Shown here: positions 1-13,110 of the stretch, one piece after another
Position numbering within the stretch: the stretch's first letter is position 1
Layout: each line of letters opens with the position of its first letter
Assembly: GCA_030265395.1 (NCBI GenBank)
Contig: JARFYF010000055.1
Location: 26,886,606-26,950,605 of the forward strand
Length of the DNA stretch: 64,000 nt
Source: Rhina ancylostomus
Lineage: Eukaryota
Direction: 5' to 3'
Program-made: the position numbers and the translations under genes
The notes under the pieces: model-generated
The model's database searches: none
What the model saw: the letters and a program-made list of their open reading frames with translations, nothing else
What the model was told of the DNA's origin: nothing

Positions 1-256
1 TATATGCATAAGGTCCACATTCTCCAATCTCCCAGAATACTCTGACTACCAGCAAACCCATCTCATGATGTAGACCACCTAAGTGCTCAGATCGGGCGTT
101 GGGTAAGAAATTCTCAGATGCAATCACTGATGCGATAAGTGACTCTGATAACGTTACTTTAACAGAGCCTTCACTGAAATGTTACTGTCCACGTACAAGT
201 ACAGCAACTGCCCAGGCCTGCATACTTTTCTCCATATTCCAGCATATCTCAAAATA

Positions 257-537
257 CGGTAGTGTAGCAGTTAACATAACGCTATTACAGCACCAGTGAT
301 CTGGGTTCAATTCCCGCTGCTGTCTGTAAGGAGTTTGTACATTCTCCCAGTGTCTGCATGGGTTTCCTCCCCTATCCCATAGACGTACGGGTTAGGAGCT
401 GTGGGCATGCTATGTTGGCATTGGAAGCGTGGCAACACTTGCGAGCTGCCCCCAGCACATTCTCAGCAATGCAAAAAGGACACATTTCACTGTGCGTTTT
501 GATGTACATGTGACAAGTAAATAAATATCTTATATCT
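257..537 (+). mobile_element. tRNA-headed SINE, family A (tail ...TTTCACTGTG..GATGTACATGTGAC..AATAAA)
   Basis: Head gtagtgtagcagttaacataacgctattacagc, B-box-like gggttcaattcc, V-SINE-like body gggtttcctcc. Homologous to 62433-62703 and 23645-23867. Confidence 0.85.
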
Positions 538-2439
538 TAATGCTGGAGGAACTCAGTGGGTCAGGCAGCATCTGTGGAGGGAAATGGACAGTCAACGTTT
601 CAGGTCAAGATCCTTCAGTGGGGGGGGGGNNNNNNNNNNNNNNNNNNNNNNNNNNNNNNNNNNNNNNNNNNNNNNNNNNNNNNNNNNNNNNNNNNNNNNN
701 NNNNNNNNNNNNNNNNNNNNNNNNNNNNNNNNNNNNNNNNNNNNNNNNNNNNNNNNNNNNNNNNNNNNNNNNNNNNNNNNNNNNNNNNNNNNNNNNNNNN
801 NNNNNNNNNNNNNNNNNNNNNNNNNNNNNNNNNNNNNNNNNNNNNNNNNNNNNNNNNNNNNNNNNNNNNNNNNNNNNNNNNNNNNNNNNNNNNNNNNNNN
901 NNNNNNNNNNNNNNNNNNNNNNNNNNNNNNNNNNNNNNNNNNNNNNNNNNNNNNNNNNNNNNNNNNNNNNNNNNNNNNNNNNNNNNNNNNNNNNNNNNNN
1001 NNNNNNNNNNNNNNNNNNNNCCCACAATGACCTAAAATTGGAGAATTGAATGTACTGTTGTGTCTCAATATAATAAATGTTGTTCACCACGAGCCAGCTG
1101 CATAAACAGAGCAGTTCTCCCCCTCCACATTATTCTGATTCTGTTACACAAGGTTGATTGCTGCTCTGGATCTAGGCACACATATGGCATTATAATGGTT
1201 GGTATACTCTGACTGTGGAGGTGCGTGTGTGCCTTTTCTGGATCTGAAGAGGTGACAAATCATCATCCTACATTAGGCTGAAATCCACTAGCTACTTCCC
1301 CCAGCACCTCTCCTCCACCCATACTGCTAGCATGCTTGCAGTGTTAGCAGGGTGTATGGGTCCAGAGTGGAGTCAAAGTGGTACTAATAGCCCAACTCAA
1401 GAGCCAAGATATAAGCATCAATATTAAACATGGCTATGGGACAACGTATTAAACTTCCCACATACCACCCACTAGTTCCTTTGGCAAAAAGAAATCAGCT
1501 TCAATCCTCTGAGTTCATAGTGTGTGCCTTCTTGACAGCATATTCCAGAACCTTACTTCATAGTCTCTTCAAACGGCCAAATAGTTTAGTCAGTGAAAGT
1601 AATCAAATCCTAACTTTACCATGAAAATAAAGAGATTAAGTGGCAACTGAATAGATGACACATGAGAGCACATTGCCATTCACTTTTTAAAGAAAGATAT
1701 AAGAAAAAGGGAATAAAATATCAGAAGGGAACAAAATGATCAAAATTAATTATAATTCCTCATGATGCTTTTGAAGGCTTTTTCCAGCAAGATTCGCTCT
1801 TCACACGAGAGTTTTAAGATGGATGAGACCAAGGTCAAAGTGTTAGGTCCTTACTCAATGCCAAGCGTTATTTTATTTAAGCCCACCCCTTACATTCTTT
1901 GAAAAATGCATGAGTGAAACCTAAAATAAACAAGATAAAAAGAGATTACGCACACTGTGATTGTTTATGATTTTGTTTTGTAATCTACAAACTTGTCAAA
2001 ATGCCGAATAGTTGTAATAATCACCACACCAAGACAGAGCTATAACTCTGGCTCATACTGGCCATTTATTGGAACATGAGTAGAATTACACTATACAGCA
2101 ACCATTTTATTTTGGTTTCTGCTTTAGATCCAAAAGTTAATTTAGAAATATAAAGAAAGGATAAAGGTAGCAGAATTTCACGATTACTAATCAGTTGAAA
2201 GAAATAGTAAGGGACCAATGAGCTGTTCTGTCTCAGCCAGATGGCAGGAGCATCAGAAAATAGGCTGCCTGCCAAATATGGTAACCTTGTTTCTGAGGGG
2301 GTGAGGTGGTCTACTCTCTGTGTGGTATGTAGCATTCGAGAGAACTGAACTAAGGAAGCAATTTCCAGAGCTGGTCCTCAGTTGTGTTTAAACTGAGAGC
2401 TGGTACTCAAGGCTAAATGAAGCATTAGCAAAGAATAAA

Positions 2440-2765
2440 AATGTGGAATGTTTTCTAAATAGGGAGAGAATTCAGAATTCAGAGGTGCAAAGGGACTTGG
2501 GAGCCCTGGTTTAGGATTCCCAAGGTTAACTTGCAGGTTGAGTTGGTAGTAAGGAAGGCAAATGCAATGCTAGCATTTATTTCGAGACAACTAGAGTAAA
2601 TGCAAGGATGTACTGCTGAGGGTTTATAAGGCATTGGTCAGACTGCATTTGGAATACTGTGAGCAATTTTGGACCAAAAACAAAATCAGCCATGACTGAA
2701 TGGCAGAGCAGACTTGATGGGCTGAATGGCCTGATTCTGCTCCGATATCTTATGGTCTTTTGGTC
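2440..2765 (+). mobile_element. CR1-type LINE 3' fragment
   Basis: caaagggacttgggagccctggtt, aaggcattggtcagactgcatttggaatactgtgagc, tail gggctgaatggcctgattctgctcc. Confidence 0.8.
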
Positions 2766-5700
2766 TATTAGGTCTTTCAGTTTGTCCTAAAGAGGACCCA
2801 ACCAGGGCCCCAGCTTGGGTCATAATTTGTAACCATCTGAGATGAAAACTTGGCTCCTTTCAATAACTGCTGAATGGAGCCTGAAGGCTAAAGTCATGAA
2901 GCTACCCAGTACTGGATTACTACCCTCATCCTTTCTCCAATTCCTCTCGCACCAACTCTTACAGGTGTCCAAGATGCATATTGGTTGTCAAAATGGCCAT
3001 TAGCTCTATTCAATGTATGGGTCCTGTGTCTCTGAACACTTTGGCACTTTTATAAGGACACAGGTTCCTCACAGTGGATGCAATTTGAGCAGCTTATCCA
3101 TGACTGTTATATCATCACTTATATAGATTTGAAATTTAACAATAACAGGTGTGAAGTTGCTCTTGATCAGCAATGCAGACTGGACACAAAAAAGCAGTCA
3201 ACACTTCATTTCATAACGTGTCTGATATTGTTTATGATGGAACATATAGAAGTGGTTTAAGCCTAAGATCATAGACTATATTCAAAGCTTTAGTTCTTTA
3301 ATCCAGGTAAATAATAGGAGCTTTTAAATTTTAACTATAATTGAGTATTAGGTGCCAAGTTATTAAAGCATGCTGTTAAAATCAGACCTGTGAAAGGGAC
3401 AGGTATTTACATTAGATTAATCTACAGTACCAGTGAATTCTGGTGTCTGGAACAATTTTTAATTCCACTCAGAATGATGATAAGGAACTTATTACTGGAC
3501 TGAAAGGACACACACAAAGTAAGCTTCAGTTCTCTGAAGTCAGATACCTCAAACAATGCTCATAACTTGGTGTAGTTCAGTATGAAGTGGAGGGACACGC
3601 AACACAGAGGAGTAAACAAGTGAATTGTAAAAGATAACACTGATAACATTACTGCTGCATTCAGAATTACATATCCTTGACTTGCACTGTCATTGCCAAA
3701 TATCCCCCACCATCAATGTTCTGACCAGTAGCTCGGCTGGACATAACTACTGTGGCCACAAGAGCAGATCAGATGTCGGGAATCCTGCAGCAAATAAATC
3801 AGCCCCTGGCTCCAAAACACTTTACCAACTTCTACAAGGCTCAAGACAGGAATGTAACTCCCCTACCACCAGGATGGATACAGTTCCAAGAGCACTCAAG
3901 AAGGTCAATATCATCCAGGACATAGCAGCCTAGATGTTCACTCCATTTGCTGCACCCTTTGGCCCAGTGTGTACCATCCAAAACAAAGCTCCGCAATTAC
4001 TGACTGAGAATATTTCAGTGCCAGCTTCCAACCCTGTGGCAATCAAAAGGGAAGACAACGATAGCAGGCTGTGGGATCTCCACCACGTTCTCCTCCAAGT
4101 TGCTCACTAACTTGACTCAAATCAAAAAATGCCATTTTCTTCATTAGCGCTGGGCCTAAATCGGGGAACTCCCTACCCAACAGCACTGAGGAAGTACCTT
4201 CACCAGAAGAACTACAATGGTTCACCTTCACCTCATCAAGGGCAATTAATGATGTGGGCAATTCATCAACAAAAAGCAATTCTGAACAGGAACACCTGGC
4301 ACATGGAAAGTTTACAGTCCCCTTTCTCAGACAAGAGTTCTGATGGCTTCTGAGACAGCTCTCCCACAAAGCCAAGCAAACAGAAATGAAGCACCAACAC
4401 CCCAGCTATATGTTGAGTCACGCTGCATGGACCATGGATGTTGCATGGACCTGTCCAGTATTTTAGGTACAGCAATTTAATACAAGGATTGGAATAAGTA
4501 AGCTGCTGTTGAGAAGGCATTGAGTTGATTAAGTCACTCGAGTTTCTCAATTCTGCAAATCTGACGCCTATCAGGTTCACTTATAAGAAGAGATAAATAA
4601 TACATGATTTAAAATAAACTTGAATTTAAAAGAAACAAATCAAACAGCATAGATTCATGCCCAGTTTTATACTGAGCTCTTCAATAATTGCAAACTTATT
4701 GTTACTTATAACAGACAGACCACACAGAAAGCAGCCATTTAAAACATTCCTCTGAAATGATAAATAAAAGTGCCGAGCCATAATCTAAAAATGACTTTGT
4801 GATCAATTGAATTCCAATCCTTTTGTGGCTTGAATCAACCAACAGCAATGTATCAAACGTTTGACTATGGTGTAGGCACAAGTCACCACTTTCATTCTCT
4901 AGGGAGGACACAGAACAAACAGTTTAAATATATTCCCATGGTAGGTAAAAGTGCTTATAGATTTGCTGCCACTGGACAATTTTAGTAAGGACCATTACTA
5001 TCAAGGTTATTTTACATGTGATTCATGTTTCATTTACTGCTTCTGAAATTTTGTTAGTCATGAATTAGTGAGGATATTTATGACTCCTTACAGGACAAAA
5101 GAAAATCACAGAGCAAAATCTTTGGACAGAATTAGATTCATGAAGATTATTTCACACAGTAGATCAATGTTGTTTGACTGGAGACTACTTATTTTACATT
5201 GGAGGTGAACTTTTATTTACATGTAACACTTCCAAGAAAAGTGATAGTTCTAAATTCTTCCCACACAATTAAGAAAGCAGAAATAAAACTTCAGCAGATC
5301 AGTGAGCATTATACCTTTGAACTATAGAAGAGGATTTATTTTTGTTGGAGTCAAAAGAGACTGCAGATGCTGGAATCTGGAGCAAAAAAACAAAATGCTG
5401 GAGGAACTCAGGCTGCATCTGTGGAGGGAAATNNNNNNNNNNNNNNNNNNNNNNNNNNNNNNNNNNNNNNNNNNNNNNNNNNNNNNNNNNNNNNNNNNNN
5501 NNNNNNNNNNNNNNNNNNNNNNNNNNNNNNNNNNNNNNNNNNNNNNNNNNNNNNNNNNNNNNNNNNNNNNNNNNNNNNNNNNNNNNNNNNNNNNNNNNNN
5601 NNNNNNNNNNNNNNNNNNNNNNNNNNNNNNNNNNNNNNNNNNNNNNNNNNNNNNNNNNNNNNNNNNNNNNNNNNNNNNNNNNNNNNNNNNNNNNNNNNNN

Positions 5701-6798
5701 NNNNNNNNNNNNNNNNNNNNNNNNNNNNNNNNNNNNNNNNNNNNNNNNNNNNNNNNNNNNNNNNNNNNNNNNNNNNNNNNNNNNNNNNNNNNNNNNNNNN
5801 NNNNNNNNNNNNNNNNNNNNNNNNNNNNNNNNNNNNNNNNNNNNNNNNNNNNNNNNNNNNNNNNAATTATAACTTAAAACTGAAGAAACCTTATTGCTGT
5901 CGGCCTAGAGAAAATAGACTTGCTCCATCAAAACCTCTTAATAATACTGAAGACTGACCAGCTGCATTTGTAAATAATTTGATTTGAAAAGGCTTCAACC
6001 TGTAGTTTGCAGTGGAGTATTATACCATCTGTACAGAATTTACTCTTGTAACCTTCAATCCACTTCAAATACAAAAGCTTGTCCCTCTTCCTTTTAACAT
6101 TGACTTTCTTTGATGAGAATTTATTCCAGATATCAATTTACTTTGTCTGAGGGAGAAGGGATTTCTTCCAACTTCCAGTCTTGTTTCTCATGAAGTCTGG
6201 CAATAGTAATCATTTTCCCTCTTTCAGAGTTCACTACATTCAAAACAAAAACCGGCTTATGCCCATTTTATCCATTTGCAATAGAAACAACAGAGCATTC
6301 AGTAAATGTTTCTTTTCTAATTTCACTGAGTGAAGGATGGAACTCCCTGTGGAAATTGGGAAGAGCAAATATGTCAATGCTCTGCTATTTTCCACATTGC
6401 CTCTTTGAGGTGAAACATCTTCCGCCCATTACAAGGTAACAATTGAGCAAAAGGTAGAAATTCCTTCAGTACATTAAGAAAGATGGGGCATAAAGACCAC
6501 ATACTAGGAACCAATGAAATTCATGCCTGGAAAGTAACCCTTAGAGCTTGTTACTATTTTCCTGCAAGAAGGCAATCAAATATTCTTTTTCTGGATGAAG
6601 GGCTTGTTTGAATGATAATCCAGGAAGTAATTAAACATCCTTCTGCTTTCTCAGATATAGATTTCATATCAATGGGATGCTCTCCAAACTCTGGCAGTGA
6701 TTAGTTTCAGATGCCACCCAACCTACACAATAACTGCTGGAGTTCCTGCATTTTGAACTTTGGGTAAGTGATGTCTTTATAAGCCTGCATGGATGTAG

Positions 6799-7118
6799 TG
6801 TCACAATGTTGATCAAAGAGCAAGCTCGCAGAGAACCCAAATGCAGCACACCAATACAAGACTGGAGTCAGGATANNNNNNNNNNNNNNNNNNNNNNNNN
6901 NNNNNNNNNNNNNNNNNNNNNNNNNNNNNNNNNNNNNNNNNNNNNNNNNNNNNNNNNNNNNNNNNNNNNNNNNNNGCTAGAGAAACCCAGGTACTTATGC
7001 TAGGCCCCTGATGGGGCTCAGGTGTGTGTCATTAAGTAATCAGTCCAGCATGATCCATGTGCTGTACAACAAGGCATTAAAGGAGCCAAATTGAGAGCCA
7101 GAACTCAGAACCATGACA
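6799..7118. mobile_element. Solo LTR with 5-bp target-site duplication TGTAG
   Basis: Begins TGTCACAATG and ends CCATGACA (TG..CA, inverted TGTCA/TGACA). TGTAG at 6794-6798 and 7119-7123. Homologous to 33895-34286; contains a 100-N gap. Confidence 0.85.
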
Positions 7119-7239
7119 TGTAGAAGGGAAAAATAGTTAAATTTTCAGTAGCAACAATCAATTTGAAAGGTAATGCAGATAATGTTCACACAAACACATT
7201 GATAGCCAGATTTACTACAATCATTCTGAATTCTAGAGC

Positions 7240-7376
7240 AATAAACAAGATGCTAGAGAAACTCAGCGGTTCAGACAGCATTTGTGGAGGGAAATGGACA
7301 GTTGACATTTTGAGTCAAGACCTTTATCTGGACTGAGTCTGCTCCAGATTCCAGGATCTGCAGACTTTCGTGTCTC
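7240..7376. mobile_element. Penelope-terminus-like repeat, inverted and internally deleted copy
   Basis: tgctagagaaactcagcggttcagacagcatttgtggagggaaatggacagttgac..., then the reversed terminus tgctccagattccaggatctgcagactttcgtgtctc. Confidence 0.6.
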
Positions 7377-10300
7377 CATTCTGAACTCTATCATACTACC
7401 CCAAAATTCCCTGAGTGTCACCTGGACAATGTTCCATCTAAGATCTGACCTTGTAATTTGACAAGACATTGTTTTGAATCTTCAACACAGCACAGTTTAC
7501 CAACGGATGTGGAGAGAATATTTCTTCTTGAGGGGGCATCTAGACCTAGGGGTCATCCATCGATGACAGAGATGAGGGGAAATGTTTTCTTTCAGATGGT
7601 CTTTAATCTTTGAAACTGTCTTCCTCAAAGGGGAGTAGATGCAGTGTCCTTGACTATTTTTTCATGGTTTTATTGAATGTCAGAGATGAATGACCGCTCC
7701 TACTCCTAATTTGCACTTCCAATTGTATGCCCATGTGACTTATGACCTGCTCTGTAAAGAAAGCAAAATGGAGACCCTCTCAGCATTTTAATAATGGACT
7801 GTGCTTGAGTTCATTGTCCTCACACCTGGTTACTGCCCCAAAAGGCAATCTGGTAACTCCCTACCTGGCTGCTGACTGAACACATTTCAGGAGCTACTGA
7901 AGAGGAGGAAGAAACTCTTAGTGGTCCGAGTTAGTCTGTGTCATACATTAGTTTTGTTCACCTGCCGGAAGGCTGGATCACTGGATCAAGGAGATGTTAT
8001 TCGTTGATTTTAAACAGAAATAAATACACAATCAATATATTTAAAAACAATTATAAATATACTTATGTTTCTATGAAGTACCAACAGAAGCATAAGGTTA
8101 TGATACACTCTTTAAGTTTATCAAATAAAGTAAAACATAGAGCTCTTTTAAATACTAGAGAGCTAAAATTTATAAGTCTGGCAATGATCATAACAACTTG
8201 ATGAACAGTTTATAATTCTTCATTTTTATTATTCCATTTCACTTGGACAAGAGCTCCTTCCAGCAAGCAGGCGTCGCCCAATGTAAATCTCAACCCCATT
8301 TCTCAAATAGAGCTGACACTGCTGTACCAGGGACTAACTCCTCCATGAAGAATTTCCAGTCATGTTTTTTCATCTTATTTTAACAACATTTGGAAAGAAA
8401 GGGAAAAAAAACACAAGCAAAAATCTCAGCTGAAGTCCGCAGATAAATATACAACCCTGTGGCCTCTGTAGCTTGATAAATAGTTCCTTGGATTTTTTTT
8501 TTGCCTGACACTTGCTCTAGAGTCACTCGACTCTTCATACCACTGAATCTCGTTGCTTTCCAGCTGTCCATCAAACAGTCCCATGGAACATCCAGCAGAC
8601 TCCAAGCAAAGGAATTTTATTCTTTCACTACTTTAGCAAAATGGTTGGCTAAAGAATTGAAAGGCTCACCCTGTGCTTTGAAAGAAAATGTCTATATTAT
8701 TCACATATGAAAGGTTGGCTGCAAACAAGAATTACCATGTGTATACGATTTCATCTGTGAAATGGTTGATATGAGGTGTACAGTCACCAGAATGAATTTC
8801 AGAAGTAGATTTTAAATGTATATAACAAGCTTTCAATGTACAGATTGGAGAACAATGTTCTACCCCTTATAGTTTTAATATGATTCTATTAAAGGTAAAA
8901 TGTTTTGCACATAAGAAGTAATAAAGGTACCAAAACAAAATTAAAATGACTGTTCTGATGAAAGGTCTTCAACTTTAAACATTAACTGTGTTTTTCTTTC
9001 CACAGATGCTGCCTGACCTGCTGTGTGTTTCCAGCATTTGCTGTTTTGTAATTAAGGTACTATCGAAGTTTAAAAAAAAGTGACCACATTCTTGAATGGA
9101 CTATAAATATTGGCAAAAAATGAAAATCCAGATTTTTTAAACATACATAACTGGCTATAGATTTACTAAAATTCCAGGGTTTGGAATGTAAAATGAAGAG
9201 CAAAACTATGAGAGGCTGCAATGTCTCATATTCATCTGGATGTTAAAAATTGAGTGCTGATCTGATCTGGAAATTTAAAATGTTAAAATTAAACATTGAA
9301 AGAGCAACTATTTTTTGCTGATGAGCAATGAAAGATCAACGCTAAAATTAGAGTCAGACCATGAGAATGCACAACAGGAAGTACTTTTTTTTGCAATAAG
9401 GATGCTAGAAATTTGCTGTAAATGTGAGCTCTGTGGAACTTTCAGGAACAGGATAGCAGGGTTGTTGTTACATAGAGAGTCAAGATTTTGGCAGCAAAGA
9501 CTGGAAATGAGGTGCTGATCACATTTGATGTAGATGAATCATTCCTCCTACCATCACTGGAAAATGACATTCTGCAATAAACACTAATGTCATACTTTGG
9601 ATAAATTATTTTGTCAGAGAATACAAAAGGATGTTTACAGGACAAAATGCAGATGTACTACTGAACAGGCCATGTTAACATGTTGTAGCAATTTCTGAAT
9701 GATTCTCTTCAAGAAACCTGTTAAAGTTTATCTATGCTAATGCAGTGAGCATCTTTCAGGCCACAAGTTTACTTTCTTTATGGACAATTGTTAAACAGAT
9801 GTATTGACAAAACAGAGGCATTGGCCATTTATTTCTTATAAGTGATGCCCAAAATTAGATGATGATGGATTTGCTACACAATTTGTTCAATGCCTGATAC
9901 TTTATTTCATTGGTTTCAAGGCAATGGACAAGGCTCTGCCCTCTACTTTGTACCAGTGAGCAGGGTGAATTTATACCTAAAGGTCATGGTTGAGCAAAAC
10001 CTCTATTGTTAGCAAATTATAAAATCTCTGGCCCTTCTTTGTAGGGATAGACAAAGTTAGAACCATCAGCAGAAATTAAGGAGAAATGATGAGTTTGTGT
10101 TTGTTTAAATCTATGTTTGAAAATTTAATTTAGTCATCCTTAAGATTATTTGTGGGGGTGAGATGTGCACATGGTCTGCTGGAATACATGAAGGGCTGGT
10201 ATTGCCTTCTCAAGGCATTTGTTATGGATATTGGTAAGACCAATGCAGAATACTTATCATTTACAGATGCTGAAACAGAGCAGGGTGAAAATAACCTGGG

Positions 10301-10874
10301 TGTTACTGTGTAAAAGTCGCTGAAGATTCATGATCATTGCAAGCAACCTGCCACTGAATTTAGCATAATTCAGCACAATATACAGCTGAATTATGCAGCC
10401 CATTGGTTAGATGGCACTTAGTTCATTCACAAGGAGATAGATACAGGATCCTTGGAGCAGTTCAGAAGAACATGGTTCTAATCTTAAAGTTCTTAAGTTG
10501 CTTGGAAAGGCTTAAATTATTGAGATGACTTACCTTGGAGCAACTTTCAGACAACTTGGAAAATTATAATACACCAGCAACACACATAAAATGCTGGAGG
10601 AACTCAGCAGGTCAGGCCGCATCTTTGGAGGCAAATAAACAGTCGACATTTGATGAAGATTGCTCCAGATTCCAGCACCTGCACAATCTCTTGTGTCTTA
10701 ATAATACACCAGGTCTCAGTCAATAACTTGCTTTCCTTTCCTTCCTTCCCTGTTCTGAAATTGGTGTGTGTAAATGTCCCATGGAAATCAAGCCTCCAAC
10801 ATACATACTCAATAGTGGTAAGATACGGAAAGACCTTATGATGTATAAAGAGACTCCCTTAGCCACCGTAATTA

Positions 10875-11260
10875 CATAGAACATAGAACACTAACAGCAC
10901 AGTACAGGCCCTTCGGCCCACAATGTTGTGCTGACATTTTATCCTGCTCCAAGATCTATCTAACCCTTCCCTCCCACATAGTTCCCCATTTCTCCATCAT
11001 TCAAGTGTCTAAGAGTCTCTTAAATCTCCCTAATGTATCTATCCCACAAGTTCTGCTGGCAGTACGTTCCACGCACCCACCACTCTCTTCCACATTCCCC
11101 TTATACCTTCCTCAAAATCACCTTAAAACTATGTCCCCTTGTGTTATCCATTGTCGCCCTGGGAAAAAGTCTCTGACTGTCCACTCGAGCTATGCCTCTC
11201 ATCAACTCACCCTTCATCCTCCTCTCCAAAGAGAAAAGCCCGAGTGCACTCATCCTATCC
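10875..11260 (-). mobile_element. CR1/HER1-like LINE 3' end
   Basis: catagaacatagaacactaacagcacagtacaggcccttcggcccacaatgttgtgctgacattttatcc; nearly identical start at 13303. Confidence 0.8.
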
Positions 11261-11458
11261 CATTACGTAGCACTTTTGATAAAGGATTTCCAATTATTGA
11301 CAGGACTGTGCTGCATCACTGCACAGGAGTCATAGAACAGCTGTTTCTGGATTACCAATCCAAATACTATATAAAACCCAAATGTATAAAAAAAATGAAG
11401 TGCTATGTTTAATGATGATTGTTTGAGGCAGATGGTCTTTTTGTATCAGTGACTTGAA

Positions 11459-11526
11459 GTCAACTCTTGATTCCATTCTAGAATACATGTGTGGTCAACT
11501 CTTGATTCCATTCTAGAATACATGTG
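11459..11526. repeat. Perfect 33-bp tandem duplication
   Basis: gtcaactcttgattccattctagaatacatgtg at 11459-11491 and 11494-11526. Confidence 0.95.
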
Positions 11527-13012
11527 CTAAGTCAGACCTTTAAGTGCTTTGGATAAAACTTTCATTGGAACTTTCCCACTATTCAGTCTTGGTTGCGTTC
11601 ATTTTATGCTCAAAACTAACTACACACATCATGAAGTGCTGCGCCTGTAAAAAATTAATCATGAACAAACTGGAATAAAGATTCTGTATTGCTAGTTTTG
11701 GACAGTCCCCAAGAAGGGCATGACTGGAAAACTTGAGATGGGTTTCCAATGTACTGGATTCAATTCAACAGTATTTTTATTGCAATCAATCCAAGAGATA
11801 CAGGAAAGGATGAGACGCTATTGTCTCATGGTAGATTCCTGAAATGAATCAGAACATTACAACTCCTGCCAGGCATACTTATTGCTATTTAATTACAGTG
11901 TAGCAAACATGATATAAAACTCTAACCTCTGGGCTAATAATCCTAAAACTTGCTGGTGAATCTACAATTTTTCAAATTCTCTTTTTTAAAAAGAAAAACA
12001 AATATTAAGAATTTTTGAAGGACTTTAACAGTCTGGGACTGGACATGTTGCATTAGGACACCTGCAACCTCATGGTCGCCTCCTGAGTCTCATTTAAATG
12101 CTGCCCTTCTAACTCCTGTGTGGACTGGTTGGGAAAAGGATGCTGGTAAGTAAAGTTCAGACAATGAAAGTTCACCATCTACTTCCAGAGAATTTGGAAA
12201 GATTTCAGAAAGGGAAGATTGGGAGAAGGAGGGAGAAGTTGGATGAAGGAAATCTGGGGCAGGGGAATGACATTGACTAACACAATGGAAAGTTTTAGTA
12301 CATAGAGGGCTTTGGCAGCCTGTTCCATCATCCAACTGGCTGCAAATCTGTTCCTGGTCATTAGAGAGCTACAGGGACTTTGTTGCTTCAGCTCAGTCAA
12401 TGTTGCATCAAGGATCCAACTGGCATAGTGAGATGCTGACTGACATTGATTTATGACTCCTCCACTTACTTTAAGAGGTCTTGCACAAGTCCTCACAATA
12501 TTGTTGTCAATAGTCAAAAATAGCCACTGTCTCCTCTGGTATAAACTGTCCATTACAAGCTTCTCCAACACCTGGTGATGTGTGGGATTAGTGCTCAGAA
12601 CTAATTATGATAGATTCTGAAGAGTTCAAGCAGCTTGAAGGGCAGCAGATAAGCAGCAATGTATAAGCTGGGCTGGAGAAAGCTATTGACAAGGATGAAG
12701 GGAAAATGAATGAAAAACAAACCAATCTGAAGAGGAGAGGTAATGGGCAGAAGCCTAAAATTTTGCTTAAAATGTTCAACCTTTTTAGATCATTCCTTGA
12801 GATTTTGGGCAGGTGTCTGATAAGAAGATCATTATAAACTTGATTTAAGCCCAAATTGCATTACAAATAAATGTGGGTTAATCCTTACAGAGATTCATGG
12901 AAACTGAAATCATCAGAGAAGGTGAGCAGGATGGGAATGGTCCACTGCAGCCAAATGGTTACATGGAGCCATGTGGATCAAATGTCCCTTTTTACATTGA
13001 AGTGAAGTTAAT

Positions 13013-13110
13013 GGAGTGAATCTGCCTTATAGATCCTACCTAATTTTGATTCATTGATTTCAATGCAATAAAAATCAGGTGGGTTCCATAATGTGAGGGT
13101 AATTCATTCT
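13013..13110. repeat. Imperfect palindrome (MITE-like core)
   Basis: ttatagatcctacctaattttgattcattga and tcaatgcaataaaaatcaggtgggttccataa are inverted around the centre cattgatttcaatg. Confidence 0.6.

Noticed and set aside
257-330. tRNA gene
   Set aside because: The tRNA-like head runs into a SINE body; no complete cloverleaf or terminator.
540-1090. Long ORFs made mostly of X (also at 5302-5957, 19090-19442, 43965-44588, 58208-58534)
   Set aside because: Artefacts of translating N runs.
10713-10757. Alternative terminal exon EQGRKERKASY*
   Set aside because: Weak acceptor and derived from a (CCTT)n-like simple repeat.
12179-12571. 130-aa minus-strand ORF (and 27480-27941, 153 aa)
   Set aside because: No recognisable domain or exon structure; consistent with chance ORFs in decayed repeats.
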